A stretch of DNA of 63,409 nucleotides, counting the filler, from Pirum gemmata (taxonomy: Eukaryota): NCBI GenBank assembly GCA_002812295.1. It is 17 parts of 17 records of this genome, joined end to end, with 100 filler letters (N's around TTAATTAATTAA, not from the genome) between each part and the next. Parts side by side here need not be neighbours in the genome. Positions count along the whole stretch, not along the records: positions 11,310 to 14,949 come from PDIN01002154.1; positions 15,050 to 18,697 come from PDIN01002155.1; positions 18,798 to 22,438 come from PDIN01002156.1; positions 22,539 to 26,197 come from PDIN01002157.1; 13 more parts are not named here. The stretch is one strand, 5' to 3'. Below are positions 11,871 through 23,954 of the stretch, one piece after another (the stretch's first letter is position 1; every line of letters starts with the position of its first letter). The notes below the pieces were generated by a model. It had not been told where the DNA came from. It searched no databases and worked only from the letters and a program-made list of their open reading frames with translations. Made by a program: the position numbers and the translations under genes.

Positions 11871-12763
11871 CCACACGACGAAGGTAACTTTTCTATGAAA
11901 AAGAAAAAATCATTAACCAATAACAAATTATCAAAAAATAAAAAGCGAAAAAGTCAGGGTAAAGGGTTTTTAGATGAAAGTGATAGTGATAGTGATAAGG
12001 ATGATGATAATAATGTTGTGACCCCACATGATCAAGATAACTTAAATGTAAAAAAGAAAAAATCATTAACCCACTCTTTCTATAACATCACACCTGGACT
12101 AAAAGCTAAAAAAGAAAAAGAAAAAATAGTAGAACAAGAAAGTAATGTTAAAAAACATGAAAAGCAAAAAAAGAAAGCTGGTAAAGTACACCTGATTAAG
12201 GACGACGAGGAGGACGAGGATAATAATACTTTAGACCAAGGCAGTACCACTCACACTAATAATTCTATTGGTACCAACTCTAATCAAACTATGGCGAATT
12301 TAAAAAAATCAATTACCAATACAATGAACAAAAGTACCCCTCCATCTTCGAAGCATAGTAAGGTTGATAAAAATAAGTTAGTAGAGGGGGGTGTTATGAA
12401 AAATAACAAAAAAGAGAAGAAAAAAACCAAAGGCAACGTTGTAGGCGATGATGATGATGATGATGATGATGATGGCGATGTATTTAAGGAAAAGCTAGAA
12501 GAAAAGAAAGTGGATAAAGCACAAGAAAGTAATATCAAGCACCAAGAATCAAATTCGATTACAGCAAGCGCCGGCAACCAAATATCAGCAGCAGCCGCTA
12601 CTACAAATCAGACCATGATGAATTTGAAGAAAAGCATTACCAATACAGTAGTTAAACCCACCACTAAACATAAAGTTAATGATAAAGAAAAACTAGTAGA
12701 AGAAAGTAATGGTATTAATAATTCCAAAAGAGGAAAAGGGAAAAAAGGTAAAGGCGAGTTTAT

Positions 12764-12798
<35 letters not shown>

Positions 12799-13669
12799 GG
12801 GATGGGGATGGGGATGATAGTGATTGTGGCGATGATCCTTTTACGAATGAAAATGAAGAATTAAAAGTACAAGACTTTGTTCAAGATGACCTTTGGGACT
12901 CTAAACCGCGACAAGTAAAAGAGAATAAAAAGAAAAAATCGAAAAGTAAAGATGCTTTAGACAAATATGATGTTGAAAATAGTGATGATGATGATCAACC
13001 TTTTAAAAGTAGTGTACCCAACCAAAAGTCTGAGTCAGGACTACTATCTGCTTCAACTACTGCCACAACCCAAACTTTGTCAAACATGAAAAAAACCATA
13101 TCCCCTCTACCACGAAAAAAAAGCGATAAAGAAATGTTAGTTGGTAATAAAAGTAACGATCCGTCACAAAATTGGGAACAAGTAGATCCAGGGAAGCAAG
13201 AACCTACTTCTGTAACGACTAATGCTAGTAGTCATCTCTCAGCAGCAGCAAGTGCTACAAACCAAACTATGCAGAATTTGAAAAAATCGATAACCAACAC
13301 AGTAACTAAAAGTACAACACCTTCCAGTAAACATAAAGTAAATGATAAAAATAAACTAGTACAAGGAGATGGTGTAGTACAACATGAAAAAAAGATGAAA
13401 AAACAAAAAGTTAAAGGTGATAATAATAATAATGATGATGATGACTCTAAACTGGGTTGGGCGCAAGAGGGAAATTGGGGCGGCAATGCGCATTCTAATT
13501 CCAATTGGGCGCAAGAACAAAATTGGGCTACCACCACAACAACCCCGATAACCAGTAGTACAACATACAAAAATAATAACGAAAATTCTGTTACAAAAGT
13601 ATTCACCAAAGGAAAAATGTCCAAAAAAAAAAAATTACTTAACGAAAGTGATACTGAAAATGATTCTAA

Positions 13670-13704
<35 letters not shown>

Positions 13705-14205
13705 CTCTAAATGAGTTTGAAGATGAAGGAGTGAAAATCACGAAGAAAAAAAAAAAACATTCAAAAGAAAGTAAAACAGCGTATAAAGCGAAGAACAATA
13801 ATAATGATAATAATAATAATAGTGATAATAATAATAATGATGATGATGTTTTTGATCATAATATAGCTGCGAATAAGCCAGGGAAAACTGCGAATTCCAC
13901 CTCTGGTAATAGTAAAAAAAAGAGTGATAAGGATTTTTTAGTAAGTAATGACAATTTGAAAAAAGAAGACACAGACGTAATAACAACTGCAGCAACCCAA
14001 ATTTCTGCAGCTGCTACTACTACAGGTCAGACAATGATGAATTTGAAAAAATCCTTAACAAATACAGTAGTAAAAGGAACTACACCAACAACTAAGCATT
14101 CAAAAACTGACAAGAGTAAATTAGTAGAAGATGGACATCAGAATAATTATCATCAAGAAACCGACGACGAACTATGGGATAACATTTCTACGCCAACAAC
14201 AACCG

Positions 14206-14275
<70 letters not shown>

Positions 14276-14603
14276 GCAACAAATTGAGGAGAACGATTTA
14301 TGGACTAATAGCCAAAGAGATGCAAGTAATAAATTAAAAGAAAATGAGGATGAAGATGATAACCATGTAATAGTCAAGAAGAAGAAGAAAAACAGTATAA
14401 AGGATTTAATGAATGCGGGGTATAATAATGACAAAGATCAGGTCAAACAAAAAAAGCGGAAAAGTAAATCGGCTGTTTTGGGATTAGATGAAGTTAATTC
14501 GAATGCTTTACAAATTAAGAATAAGCCTAAAAAGAAGAAGAAGACAAAAGGGAAAGGAACTCTTTTAGATGATGATTGTGATGATAGTGGGCATAGTGAC
14601 TGA
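11563..14603 (+). CDS. Large disordered K/D/N-rich protein with five copies of a ~35-aa repeat; probably the last exon of a longer gene
   Basis: 993-aa ORF from 11622, open upstream to an AG acceptor at 11561-11562; repeat A(A)xxTNQTMxNLKKSITNTVxKxTxPxSKHxxxDKxKLV; poly-D, poly-N and poly-Q tracts. Confidence 0.8.
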
Positions 14604-14619
14604 TATTATTACTATATTA

Positions 14620-14799
14620 GGAATCATCCATATAAAAAGGACGGCACCTAATCTTACCTATGCCTCTTTGTCCAAAACACTTTTGGTCATAATTTTAAAG
14701 TTCATTTTAATAATTAATTACTGCCTAAAACAGTTTAAGTCACACATTCGAGCAATGACTTCTATCAAAGAATAAGTGACGTCCTTGCTGAATATTCCC
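14620..14799. mobile_element. PIF/Harbinger-like MITE family E (copies about 33368-33537 reversed and 46019-46198)
   Basis: GGAATCATCCAT...TGAATATTCCC ends flanked by TTA/TAA; three alignable copies on different contigs. Confidence 0.7.
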
Positions 14800-15049
14800 T
14801 AAGTGGCCCCCTTTTTAAAAGAAAACCCAATAACAAAATTTACAAATCAATTTCAATGTAACAAATTGGTAACTCAAAATATTAATCTGGCAGTTTTTAT
14901 TATGATTTTCCGAGATAATAATAATAAAATATAAAATAATAATAATAATNNNNNNNNNNNNNNNNNNNNNNNNNNNNNNNNNNNNNNNNNNNNTTAATTA
15001 ATTAANNNNNNNNNNNNNNNNNNNNNNNNNNNNNNNNNNNNNNNNNNNN

Positions 15050-15780
15050 ATTACTGTTACTATTACTGTTACTATTACTGTTACTATTACTATTACTGTT
15101 ACTATTACTATTACTATTACTATTACTATTACTATTACTATTACTATTACTATTACTATTACTATTATAATTACTAATACTAATACTATTACTATTACTA
15201 TTACTATTACGATTACTATTACTATTACTATTACTATTACTATTACTATTACTATTACTATTACTATTACTATTACTGTTACTATTACTAATATATAATA
15301 TACTATTATTACCACTGTTGGCATGCTTATTGTCACTGCTATTATTACCATTACTATTACCATTACTATTACTATTACTATATATTAATATTAATTGTAA
15401 ATAACCCTAACCCAACCCCAGCCTTAACCATACTACCCCGTACCACACCACTACTACTACTACGTATACCGAGATACCACGTGCACTACTACTACCACTA
15501 CTACCAGCACTACTACTAGACCGGCCTACTACTACTATCAATACTACTAGTGAATAGTTGAACCTGTTTATAAAATACAACATTCAGTAAAAAATACCAA
15601 ATTAATTAAAACATGTCTGACTTCTGATGGCTTAACCATAATAATAATTTGGTATGTTTTTTTCAGTTTTTAAACAGGACAACACAATTGAAAAACACGA
15701 TAGTCACTGATAATAGTAGAAGTAGTAATAGCGATAGTGGTCGTGGTCGTGGTCGTGGTAGTAGTGTAATAGTAGTAGTG

Positions 15781-15834
<54 letters not shown>

Positions 15835-15853
15835 ATAGTAATAGTAATAGTAA

Positions 15854-15891
<38 letters not shown>

Positions 15892-16260
15892 ATAGTAATA
15901 GTAGTAGTAGTAATCGTAGTAGTAGTAGTAGTAATGGTAATATTAATGGTAATATTAATGGTAATAGTAATAGTAATAGTAATAGTAATAGTAATAGTAA
16001 TAGTAATAGTAATAGTAATAGTAATAGTAATAGTAATNAATAGTAATAGTAATAGTAATAGTAATAGTAATAGTAATAGTAATAGTAATAGTAATAGCAA
16101 TAGCAAATGTAATAGCAATAGTAATAGTAGTAATAGTAGCAGTAGTAGTAGTATTGCAGAAGCAGTAGAAATAGTGTTTGCAGCAAGCTATAGTAATAGT
16201 AGTAGAAGCAGTAGTAATAATGTAGTAGTAGTAGTAGTTGTAGTAGCAGTAATAGTGGTA
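15050..16260. repeat. Compound microsatellite block (TATTAC)n, (TAG)n, (GTAATA)n
   Basis: Direct reading; explains the spurious poly-VI/L/T ORFs. Confidence 0.95.
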
Positions 16261-16429
16261 GAAGCGAGGGTACTGGAGGTTCTAGTGCTAGGATATAAAT
16301 TAATATTTTTTTTTATATTTATATAATTTTTCTAATTATATATAAATTATTTAAATTTTCTAATCTTTATAAATAATAAAACCAAGAAGAAAACAAATTA
16401 AAAGGTATACTGATCTAGGTATTATAAAA

Positions 16430-17400
16430 TTAATACTGATTCAATCAATCACAATTGTAAATCTGTACGAAAAAAGACAGATATCCTTTTTATTGGAATC
16501 TACATACATACCATACATAGACAAACAGATAATTTTCTTCAAACTCACAGCAAAATTATAAAAGAGTGAAAAAACAAAAACAAAAAAAAAAACTAAAAGT
16601 TTATTTTTTGTATGGTTTCCGAACTCAACATAATAATGAAAACAAACTTATTTTCTTAACACTCGCAGGAAAATTATAAAAAAGGTAAAAACAAAACAAA
16701 AAATTGTAATATTTTTTGTATAATAAAACAGGGATTCTAAACAATAAGTAACAAAAAAAGCAAAAATATTCCCATTCCATTAAGAACAAAAAACCAAAAA
16801 AAAATTCAAACTGAAGAAAATGTAGGAAGACTGATTCAATCGCAAAGTAAAAATCTATGCGAAAGCGCCCAGATATCCATAAATATACGCTCGATCTCAC
16901 TTAAAAGTAAAACGTCCCAGAAAATTCATTAAAAGAATCACAAAGGATTAAAGAGCATGAAAACAATAACATACAAGCAAAAAAATAAATATAAATATAA
17001 AAAAGTATGTGCACAAGTTCAGAACAAAACAATTTTCTAAAACTCGCAGCATAATTATAAAAGAGTGAAAAAACAAAAACAAAACAGAAACCAAAAAAAA
17101 TATGTTCATGTCCGTATGGTTTCCACACTCCGCATAATTAAAAAACATAGACTGGTTCAAACAAAAAGGTTAAAAACAATTGATATATATAAATTTATAT
17201 ATAACCTTAAAACTACAAAATAACACAAAACAATTAACATAAAATGTAGGAAGACTGATTCAATCGCAAAGTTAAAACCTGCACGAAAGCGCCCAGATAT
17301 CCTAAAATCTACGCTCGGTTTCACATAACAGTTAAACATCCCCCAAAAATTCATTAAGAAGAATCACAAAGGATAAAAGAGCGTAACAACAACGACAGCT
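16430..17400. repeat. Diverged tandem repeat, period about 400-425 bp
   Basis: AAAATGTAGGAAGACTGATTCAATCGCAAAGT...GAAAGCGCCCAGATATCC at about 16817 and 17241; a more diverged copy at about 16430. Confidence 0.75.
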
Positions 17401-18660
17401 AAACAACAACCAAAACAACAAAACAAAAACAACAAAACAAAAACAACAATATAAACCAACGCAACAAACAATTATGTTCAGCAAAAAAAAGAAAAAAACA
17501 CGAACACACAACATATTGTATGTATTAGCAAGTGTTCTATTACAAATACAAACAATTATAGTTTCAAAAAAAAATTTAACTTTGTTTTACTTTGTTTCAC
17601 ATAAATAGATTAGAGAAACATACTTTCATATAAACATATCAATTGAAATGGGAGGTCATTTTACTTTTCTATAAAGATAACCCCACATTACACTGATAAA
17701 CTTTATATTATTGTTGTAACTCAAAAAAATTAAAACTTAAAAGAAATCAGAATAAATGTGAATGTTTGTCTCATTGGATAGATGGTCCTCTGAAGTAGCA
17801 AATATTATTCAGTTTAAACATCATTTTTCTTTTTTTAAAGTTTGGTTGGAGGTTGGAGGTTGGGTGGTTGGGGGGTTGGAGGGTTGGGTGGTTGGGTGGT
17901 TGGAGGGTTGGGGGTTGGGGGGTTGAAGTTTTTACAAAAACAAAATAAAAAACACCAAAAACAAAACATTAAACTCTTATACACTTCCTTATTGTAACCA
18001 GCAGTCGACAAAAGACATACGTTGAAGTTTTTAACTTTCATCTTTGGAAGTAGTTGATTTCAAGAAATTTCATATTTTAAAAACAGTACAAGTTAAATCA
18101 GTGTGAAAGAACATTTTAAAAATCACGCTGATCAAAGTAATGTTTTATTCTAAATAAACGAAAAAAAAACAGCTTTCATACACCCAAGGTAAAGAAATTG
18201 CAATTCTTATTTTTTAAATAAAATTTATAAAATCAACACTTCCAAAGTTGAAATGTAATTAACTTTAAGACAGCAACCAAAGAGTGCAGGACCAAGATAT
18301 AACCTAAAATAGCATCAAAAAATAGAAAGATTAATATTAATAATATATTAAAATTTAAAAATAAAAAAAAATAAAAAAAACACCAATTTCTAAAAATATG
18401 TCTCAGTAATGAAGTTGGTATCATGGATTAGAAGTCGCTCTGTACAGGCCGGCGAGCCTTACGACAACAATCCTCAATCGCAAATTACCATTAGATTCAT
18501 CATTGACAAAAGAAATCGATAAAACAAAAAAAGAAACATCATATAATAAAATAACCAATAACTAAGAATAAAACTAATAGCTCATACTAATAAAAGGTAA
18601 TAGTTACAATTAGTCTATAGTTATTATAATAATAAAAGAAATAGTAAATTAGAAATAGTA

Positions 18661-18697
<37 letters not shown>

Positions 18698-19139
18698 NNN
18701 NNNNNNNNNNNNNNNNNNNNNNNNNNNNNNNNNNNNNNNNNTTAATTAATTAANNNNNNNNNNNNNNNNNNNNNNNNNNNNNNNNNNNNNNNNNNNNTAT
18801 TATTATTATTATTATTATAATTATTGTTATCATCATCATCATCATCATCATTAATCCAACCAGTTTTCGTTACTTTGACTCCGCTTAGAGATTTGGAATT
18901 TGTAGCAATACTATTACGACCTTTTTCTATGTTCTCCTTCCATTACTGACTATGTCAAATATTGTAACATTGCTTTTATTGTAACCATTTTGTTGTTGTT
19001 GTTGTTGTTTTGTTGCTTTTGCTAGACTATTTTCTATCTCAATAACTTAGTTTTAAGTATATCCAATTTTTACTACTTTGAATCATCTTGAGATAACGTT
19101 AGCACTTAAAGTATGTAATATATATCATGATGCATGCAG

Positions 19140-21202
19140 GTATGGGAGATAATTGCTGTGGAGGTATTTGGGAGATGAAACGGGAATTAAGTCAAGAGTT
19201 AGGAGTTTATACTTATTCAATTATGATTGGCGATTCTCCAGAAGAAGATACAGAAAATGGGTATTCTAATGTTGTTTCTAATATTAACCCTATATTTATA
19301 TAATCCTTGCCTTTTATCGGATCCCCCTAACCTTTCTGATAATTACTAAAAACGAACGATGTATCCAAGACTTCACAGTTAGGGTGTTTAGTAATTGTTT
19401 TTATTCTTCTTCACTGTTTAGTTTCTATATGACAGCAAATGACCAGGTAAAGCAGGCTTGCCAAAAAATTGCGAGTAATCCAAAATTAAAAGGTGGCTTC
19501 AATGCAATTGGTTTCTCCCAAGGCAGCCAATTTTTGTAAGTTCCAACTAAAGTTATATTTTGTCTTTTTTTATATTATTTTTTCGGTGCACTTCTGGACC
19601 AAAACAGATCTAGAAAATAAAGTACAAGGGTCAATAAGGTTATTTTCCTGTTTAGCGTGGGGGAAGGGGTAGGCACAAACCAAGAATAAAACCAAGCTCT
19701 CAAAAAATGAACCAACGAATAGTCATAAAAAAGCAATAATAGAATATGTTCTGTAAGAATAAGAATAAGAATAAGAATAAGAATAAGAATAAGTATGATA
19801 GTTTTAATAAAAATAGAAATTATGATAGTATTAATTAAATTCTTATAATTACTAATAACAAATAATAATACATAAGCCAATACAATTACATAAAATTAAT
19901 ATTTGAAAATAACATAAACAATGAAATATTAATACTGTTGATAATAAGAATAAAGTATAAGTAAACTAATAATAAATAATGATGTGTAATATTTAATATG
20001 TAAAGGCGTGCTTACGTAGAGCGGTGCAATACTCCTAAAGTGCATAATTTGATAAGTTTAGGTGGGCAACACCAAGGGGTTTCGAAATTACCAAATTGTC
20101 ATTCTGGATATCTCTGCACTTTTATGGCCAAACTGATCGGTACTTTTTTTTTGTTTAGTTTGTTTATGTGTTCGCAAACATATTGAATATATAGCTATAT
20201 TTGTATTTTCAATCAAAAGAATCGCATTTTTATAGAAATCCCTTTTGGATTATTTTCATTATTTTGAAGATTTAAACGTTACAACAAAAACAACATAATA
20301 ATCGAACAAAATAACCCCGAATTTTTATTTTACTATTTTATTTTATTTTTATTTGCTTATAATTGGATTAGTATTAATTTTTATTTAATTTTCATTTTTA
20401 TTTCTATTCCTATTTCCTAAGTTTTGTTTCATCGTCATTAGTATTATTATTATTATTTGATTTTATCAATACTTAATATTAACAGGGATTGGTGCTTATT
20501 TTTCTTTCGTTCAAAATCATCTGGCGCAAGCTAACTACTGGCATGCTGCAGATAACGAGAAAGGATATTTGAAATACTGTCAATTTCTACCAGATATCAA
20601 CAATGCTCAACAGGAAAAAAACAGTCTTTATAAAAAGAATTTAATGAGCTTGAATAAGTAAGTATAACTTCTACTTCTACTTATTATTTTCATTTATTTT
20701 CTATTTTTAAATCTGTTTTTTGCTTCATGTTAAATTTGTTTTTTTGAATATTTTATAGATTTGTAATGGTTAAATTTCTGTATGATACTATGGTAGCTCC
20801 TGCCGAGTCTCAGGTTAAACTTACTTTTTTTGCTTTTTTTTATTTTTGTCATACAAAGATCAAAATAAGAACCACCAACTTTTTATTTTCATACTGGTAC
20901 AATAAAATTAAATTTTAGTATGTTTTATAGTTTATTAGTTTAGGCTAATAATAATGATAATTAGAACAATGATACAATAATAACAATTAACAAAGTTTTC
21001 CACATACTTTCTAATAATAATTGCAAAAAATACTCTTTAAGATTTGTACTAATTTTACTACTTACGAAAAAATAGCATTTTGAATTTTTTGATCCAAACA
21101 ATTCTTCCAAAATACTGCCATTAGAAGAATCACAGATTTACAAGGAAGACTGGATTGGTCTTAAAGCTATGAATGAAAATAAACAATTGGTGTTTCTTAC
21201 GG

Positions 21203-21257
<55 letters not shown>

Positions 21258-21783
21258 CGTGCTTTTCAGTTATTTTGTCGTCATAAAATATACAATAAAG
21301 AGTACCAAATTAATACAATACAAATAAATATTCGGAGTGACAAAATAAATGAAAAGCGCTATACATATACATAATACATGTAGATCTACGTTTAAATCTA
21401 AATCAAAATCCAGATCAAAATCCAGATCAAAATCCAGATCAAAATCTAGATCAAAATTTTAGATCAGAATCTAGACTTCCAAGCGCAAAAAATAAAAACA
21501 CATTCACAAATTTTGTGGGGATTTTAATTTCGCTTTATGTACCCCGCCCCTTTCTTAATTCAGTATAAATATTTATAATGGGTTGAAGTAAGTTAATAAT
21601 GGTTCGAATTAAATTTAAAATTTTAAATCTTAATATTAAGAATGTTTATTTTTTTCATTTTTATTTAAAAACTGATGGATTTAAATTTTATAAAATTATT
21701 ACTATATTTAGGTTAAAGGGGACCATTTACAATTCAGCATGGAATGGATGAGGGAAAATTTATATCCGTATTTAGAAAACTGA
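19140..21783 (+). CDS. PPT1: Palmitoyl-protein thioesterase 1. Exons 19140-19260, 19422-19535, 20006-20139, 20486-20657, 20759-20813, 21076-21201, 21712-21783; 5' exon not identified
   Basis: Spliced translation GMGDNCC..GFNAIGFSQGSQFLRAYVERC..NLISLGGQHQGV..AQANYWH..FLPDINN..YKKNLMSLNKFVMVKFLYDTMVAP..EDWIGLKAM..GDHLQFSMEW; all six introns are GT-AG with matching phases; Ser-Asp-His triad intact. Confidence 0.95.
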
Positions 21784-22559
21784 CCATTGGTGTGTGATTT
21801 GAACGAATAAAACCCAAAACTAAAAATTAAAATTTATTATTTTTTTTTTTGTAATAATAATAATAATATTATTATTAATAATAAACAGAAAGCTTAAATT
21901 CTTTCATTTAAATATTTATCAAAAAATAATGCTATATGTACCCAAGAATCACCGTTGGACTCTACCTTATCGATAGGGTGGGAATCTTCTGGATACCAAA
22001 AAACCTATTTTTTTTTAAACAGAAAAAGAAATTAGTATTATAATTATATAATATTAACAGTATTATTATTACATACTAATTGAGAATTAACTTTGTTGCT
22101 GTTATTGCTATTTCTTATTGTATGTTTTGTTTGTTATTGTTGGTGTAATTAATATTGGTATTGTTTTTACCGTTACTGATGTTTGTAGTTGTTGTTTTTA
22201 CTTTTTGGTTTGTTATTATTTGTTGTTATTTTTATTTGTTGTTGTTTGTTGTTGTTTGTTGTTTGTTGGTTGTTGTTGTTTGTTGTTTGTTGTTGTTTGT
22301 TGTTGTTTGTTGTTGTTTGTTGTTGTTTGTTTTTCTTGCTCTTTGTTATTTGCCTTTTGTTGTTTTGTTGTTGTTTCTCGTGGTAGTTGCTTAGTGCTTT
22401 TTGTAGTAGTAGTAATAGTAGTAGTAGTAGTAGTAGTANNNNNNNNNNNNNNNNNNNNNNNNNNNNNNNNNNNNNNNNNNNNTTAATTAATTAANNNNNN
22501 NNNNNNNNNNNNNNNNNNNNNNNNNNNNNNNNNNNNNNAATAATAATATAATAATGATA

Positions 22560-23330
22560 ATGTGGTTATTTCGATATCGATATTATAAACAATTTATAAT
22601 AATATTATAAATATATATTGTATAGCAATAACAATAGCAAAATAAAATTTTGCAATGTGTAATAATAATGACCTTATGTTCATTTACCGCCAACAGTCAC
22701 CAATAATAATAAAAGGTTATAATCCACCAAATAAATATTGAGAGTGACAAAATAAATGAAGAGCGCAACCCTTCGTATATACGTATTATAAACAATTTAA
22801 ATAATGCAATTACAATGTGTAATGAATGACCTGGTGTTCATTTCCCACCAACAGTGTTAACGTTACTAATAACAATAAAAGGTAATAAAAGGTTATAACC
22901 CACCAAATTAATATTGAGAGTGGCAAAATAAATGAAGAACACAATAGGTTTAATGCTCAGTTCCCACCAGTAATAATAATAAAAATAATAATGTGGTCAT
23001 TTCGTTACCGATATTATAAACAATGTATAATATTATTATAAATATACATAGCAATAATAATAGCAAAATTAAATTATTGCAATGTGTAATAATGACTTTA
23101 TGTTCATTTACCTTCAACAATCACCAATAATAATAAAAGGTTATAATCCACCAAATAAATAAACGAAGATCATAATAATTTTAATGTTCAGTTCCCAAAA
23201 ATATTATTAATAATAATATGGTTATTTCGATATTATAAACAATTTATATGATTATATAATAATTATGATAAATACCAATAACAATAGCAAAACTAAAATC
23301 ATTGCAATGTGTTATATTCATTTACCACCA
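22560..23330. repeat. Tandem array of ~215-230-bp units containing the right end of MITE A
   Basis: About four copies of TATTATAAACAAT...GCAATGTGTAAT...GTTCATTTACC...GGTTATAATCCACCAAATAAAT. Confidence 0.7.
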
Positions 23331-23954
23331 AATGTCAAAAACGGAAATTTATCATAATATTATTGTATTTGGACGAAGAAAATATTTTAGAGGAGGAAGA
23401 TGTAAACGAAGATGATATTGGCGATGGTGGTGATGATAACGATGAAGTTGATATATGAAAACAGTTTTTTTAAGTATTTGAATGTATATTCAAAAAATAG
23501 AATAATATATTGAAATATCATTACATGTACAGTTGTGTTTTGGGAGGGTGAATCTTCCTTGTTATTATTACTAGTATATATAATTGGTTATTATCAGATA
23601 TTATTATCAATCATACAATACTCGAGCCGCTGACTAGACGGAATAGATTTCAAAATGATAATCATCAAACGTGATTTAGATGTTGTCGAGATGTTATCGA
23701 ATTTGTTAATAAAGTCCTTAAAATTAAACGAATCAATTCTAATGCAGAGATTATTGACAAAATCGTAAATTTCATAAATAAACAGTTTCCAAAGTTCATC
23801 CGCCAAACTCACATCAACGTTCAATTCAAAATTACAACCATTTTGATTAACTAACTACGATTCACACCAAGGATATTTACATCGTACCCAAGAATTTCAA
23901 TATCATTATTTACAATGAAATATTTAATTCATTCAAAATTTAAATTGGGGGGGG

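Noticed and set aside
11669..14434. Antisense and alternate-frame ORFs inside the 993-aa gene; likewise 474-811, 24730-24954, 26817-27116, 28101-29044 and 39240-40215
   Set aside because: Shadows of real coding sequences, with no independent motifs
16800..17514. Stop-codon reassignment (TAA/TAG read as Gln) to explain the broken ORFs
   Set aside because: Well-supported genes end in TAA (GATA, VTC4, ankyrin) or TGA (PPT1) and have long frames free of in-frame TAR; the standard code fits
23330..23900. Acidic peptide fragment (plus strand) and a 76-aa ORF (minus strand) downstream of VTC4
   Set aside because: Short, no ATG for the 76-aa ORF, no recognisable motifs; at most decayed coding DNA
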